A stretch of 52,332 nucleotides of DNA, filler included, from Trichosphaerium sp. ATCC 40318 (lineage: Eukaryota; Protista; Tubulinea), in assembly GCA_038496445.1 (NCBI GenBank). It is 3 parts of 3 records of this genome, joined end to end, with 100 filler letters (N's around TTAATTAATTAA, not from the genome) between each part and the next. Parts side by side here need not be neighbours in the genome. Positions count along the whole stretch, not along the records: positions 35,001 to 52,332 come from JALMLS010000617.1; 2 more parts are not named here. One strand, given 5' to 3'. Below, piece by piece: positions 49,910 through 52,332 of this stretch. The translations under genes were made by a program, and so were the position numbers. Each line of letters opens with the position of its first letter. The first letter of the stretch is position 1. The notes under the pieces were generated by a model that was not told where the DNA came from, did not search any database, and saw only the letters and a list, made by a program, of their open reading frames with translations.

Positions 49910-52332
49910 ATGAAGCGAAGTAGAATTTTAATACTAGTACTCATTTACGTATATACTTACCACGTGGTCCCAAAAGCCAACTTTACGTATTGGTACTGTG
50001 TTTTTAAATGACGGGTTCAGTGCTGCGATTCAAAACCGCGTAGTACAAGGACAACAGATGTGGCAAGAAGAGGTAATTTGGGAGATATCTTTGTAACAAT
50101 TATCTGACGTATTTTTAATTCAGGTCAATGATCGCGGAGGTATAGTTATAAACGGTACAGAACACCTTGTTGAAATAATCAAAGTTGGAGTTCGTACGCG
50201 AGAGTTCGAACCGTTTTTAACTACCTGTAGCACAATTTCCTTTGAGTGCATCTACGAATGGTACAATGGAACTGATAAACCAGGGAGTTGATTTTTTATT
50301 GCTGGTACGAATATTGCGCAACGACACGTGGTACAGCAAATTTACGAATGAAGTTTAGCCTTTTTCATCTGAAAGGGGAGAATTAGGTGCTATTGTGGCG
50401 AACGAGCATAAAATCAACTCAATAATACGCACGTGATTTTCGAGTTAAGTTTTTCTGGTTTTAGTCTTTGACGTACACTTTTGTTGATAGTCTACAATAG
50501 CATTCGCTGGTAACCTTCTGTGATCTGTGATAAAGGATGAGCCATGTCGCTGTTCCTTTTGGAAGGCGGTTTAAATACTCTGTTGGATTGACTCTACCAA
50601 GTGTAAAGCACTACACCGAATCTCTTAATCTGTTAGCTAGTCATGGTGCTCGTACTGTAGCCATTATTTGGGAAGGTATGTCAACGAAGCGAACTGTTTG
50701 GGTAATTGCAATATGTAGATATGTTGATTTCGAATGCTGTGATTGAAGGAGCGTTGAGATCTATTTCGTTTCAAAATCTAAACATTATATACAAAAAACA
50801 AATACCTTTTATTGCGATCCCAGCCCTTCGAAGAAATACAATGCGACCGATTGTTGAAGAAGTCAAGGAAAAGAATCCAGGCACGCAAAAACAAAACCTA
50901 AACTTTGAGAAAGTCTAACATGAGGAGCGATTTTAGATATCATAGTGATGGCAACATTTTTCGCTTGTGAAGATTTTATTGTTCTTGCAAAAGAACTTGA
51001 CTTTAATGCAAACGTACGTTTGTCGTCCGTATTTTTTGCTATTCTTCGTAGTATTCTTTGCAATTTTGGCAATAAATCGTTCTGGTTTGATATAGCCATT
51101 AAGTGACCTCTCTAATCTCAAATCACTAATTTCGATTTAAGGCATATTTATTTTCGGCTCAATGTATTACTACACTTGTTAAGAAAACTGTTGAAGACTC
51201 AAAGTATATCTTGGCCGGCGGATTTATAGTAAGATATATCTCTGACTACGCTGTATTGTTTAACTTGTTTATGTAGTGGGATGAGAGGTTGAGAACTGAT
51301 TTATACGATGAGACCGACAACAACACAGATTTCCATCATTTTGTAAGCAATGGAAGAATTGCGTCACCCATGATATTCTACAACAAGTATATACAACGCT
51401 TTGGAGAAGCGCCACGCACTGCTGGTGCTGAAGGATATGTTTCTGGATATGTCATTCAATACGCTTATGAAACTGCAAAGTACGATAAATATAGATTTAC
51501 GCACGTGGTAAATGTTGAGTTTAGCACCTTCGACAGCGATAAACTTCAAATGACAATTGATGCTATGGATATCACTGGGTTTTATGGAGAGGTTGCGTTT
51601 GATAGGTTTGGTCAGAATCTTGGAAGGAATGGATTGACGTACCAAGTCGGAGATGATCTCAGTTTTGATATTGTTGCTCCTCTTTTCGCTGCAACCACAC
51701 AGCTGGTTTATCCAGTTCCAAATGGAATGAACGTCAAACAACTTGGATGGTACAGTACGTACTTTATCCTTTTTTTGATCTCTTTTCGCATTGATTCTTC
51801 TGATTTATTGTTTTCAAGAGCAAACGAGTGAGCATGTGATGCTTTGTTTGGTCAGTATTGTCATATTAATCACTTTTGGTATGATCGTCTGGGTGTTAAT
51901 ATGTCGCCACAATCGAGTGATACGTGCTTCACAACCACTGTTGTTGTGCTTACTCTTGTACGTATATTCAACTATTGATGGCCCTCAGGCTGTATACTAA
52001 AAAACGCCTAAAATACAACAACTCACTTTTCTGTAGTTTGGAACAATCTTTATGTATGCGACGGTCTTTTTTTGGACACTTCACACAGATGACGTTCATT
52101 GTAATGTTGTCAGATGGCTTCTAGGAGTTGGCTTTGGAGTAAGTTGAATTTATAAACTCGTTTGTTGTATATGCCTGACACGTGATTAGTTGACTTATGG
52201 AGCAATGTTTGCTCGTATTTACAGAATTGGTCAGATATTTCTTGAAAAAAGTTTGGAAGTCTTCAAAGTCACAAACATGATGATCATTCCAATTGTTACT
52301 GGTATTGTCACCACTGAAGTATTAATATTAGC
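49910..52332 (+). pseudogene. Second, tandem class C GPCR copy with multiple 1-bp frameshifts (pseudogene or consensus errors); runs off the window
   Basis: Exon-by-exon near identity to 45116-47655. Deletions near 49938, 50510-50545, 51720 and 51940. Confidence 0.8.

Overview
AT-rich eukaryotic genomic DNA with many short GT-AG introns, probably from a free-living protist (inference). The window is three contigs joined by N-gaps carrying a TTAATTAATTAA linker (13753-13853, 34901-35000), so gene order across the gaps is not trustworthy. Recognisable host genes: a SAM+F-box+LRR gene, DCAF1/VprBP, a Crinkler-type REase+kinase effector, a partial glutaminase, a partial MsrA, a C2-domain protein, an AlkB-family dioxygenase, two tandem class-C GPCRs, and several F-box-LRR and F-box-MORN genes. 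The richest signal is mobile DNA whose boundaries can be fixed by reconstructing the interrupted genes. (1) A 5.5-kb Sola-like DDD transposon, with a Tudor-like tail and extra genes, splits an F-box-LRR gene (24089-29592). (2) An F-box-MORN gene (40267-44545) carries three insertions. The first is a polyA-tailed, ORF1-only retroelement with an 18-bp TSD and no reverse transcriptase (40425-42838; HAL1-like). The second is a MITE nested in that retroelement, with an internal (TTAGGGG)6 array and apparently no TSD (41515-42352). The third is a CAGGTCT-ended element with a 2-bp TSD and a captured gene fragment (42880-43939). (3) Two more CAGGTCT-family copies sit head-to-head at the window start. 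All calls are by eye from the sequence; no searches were run.
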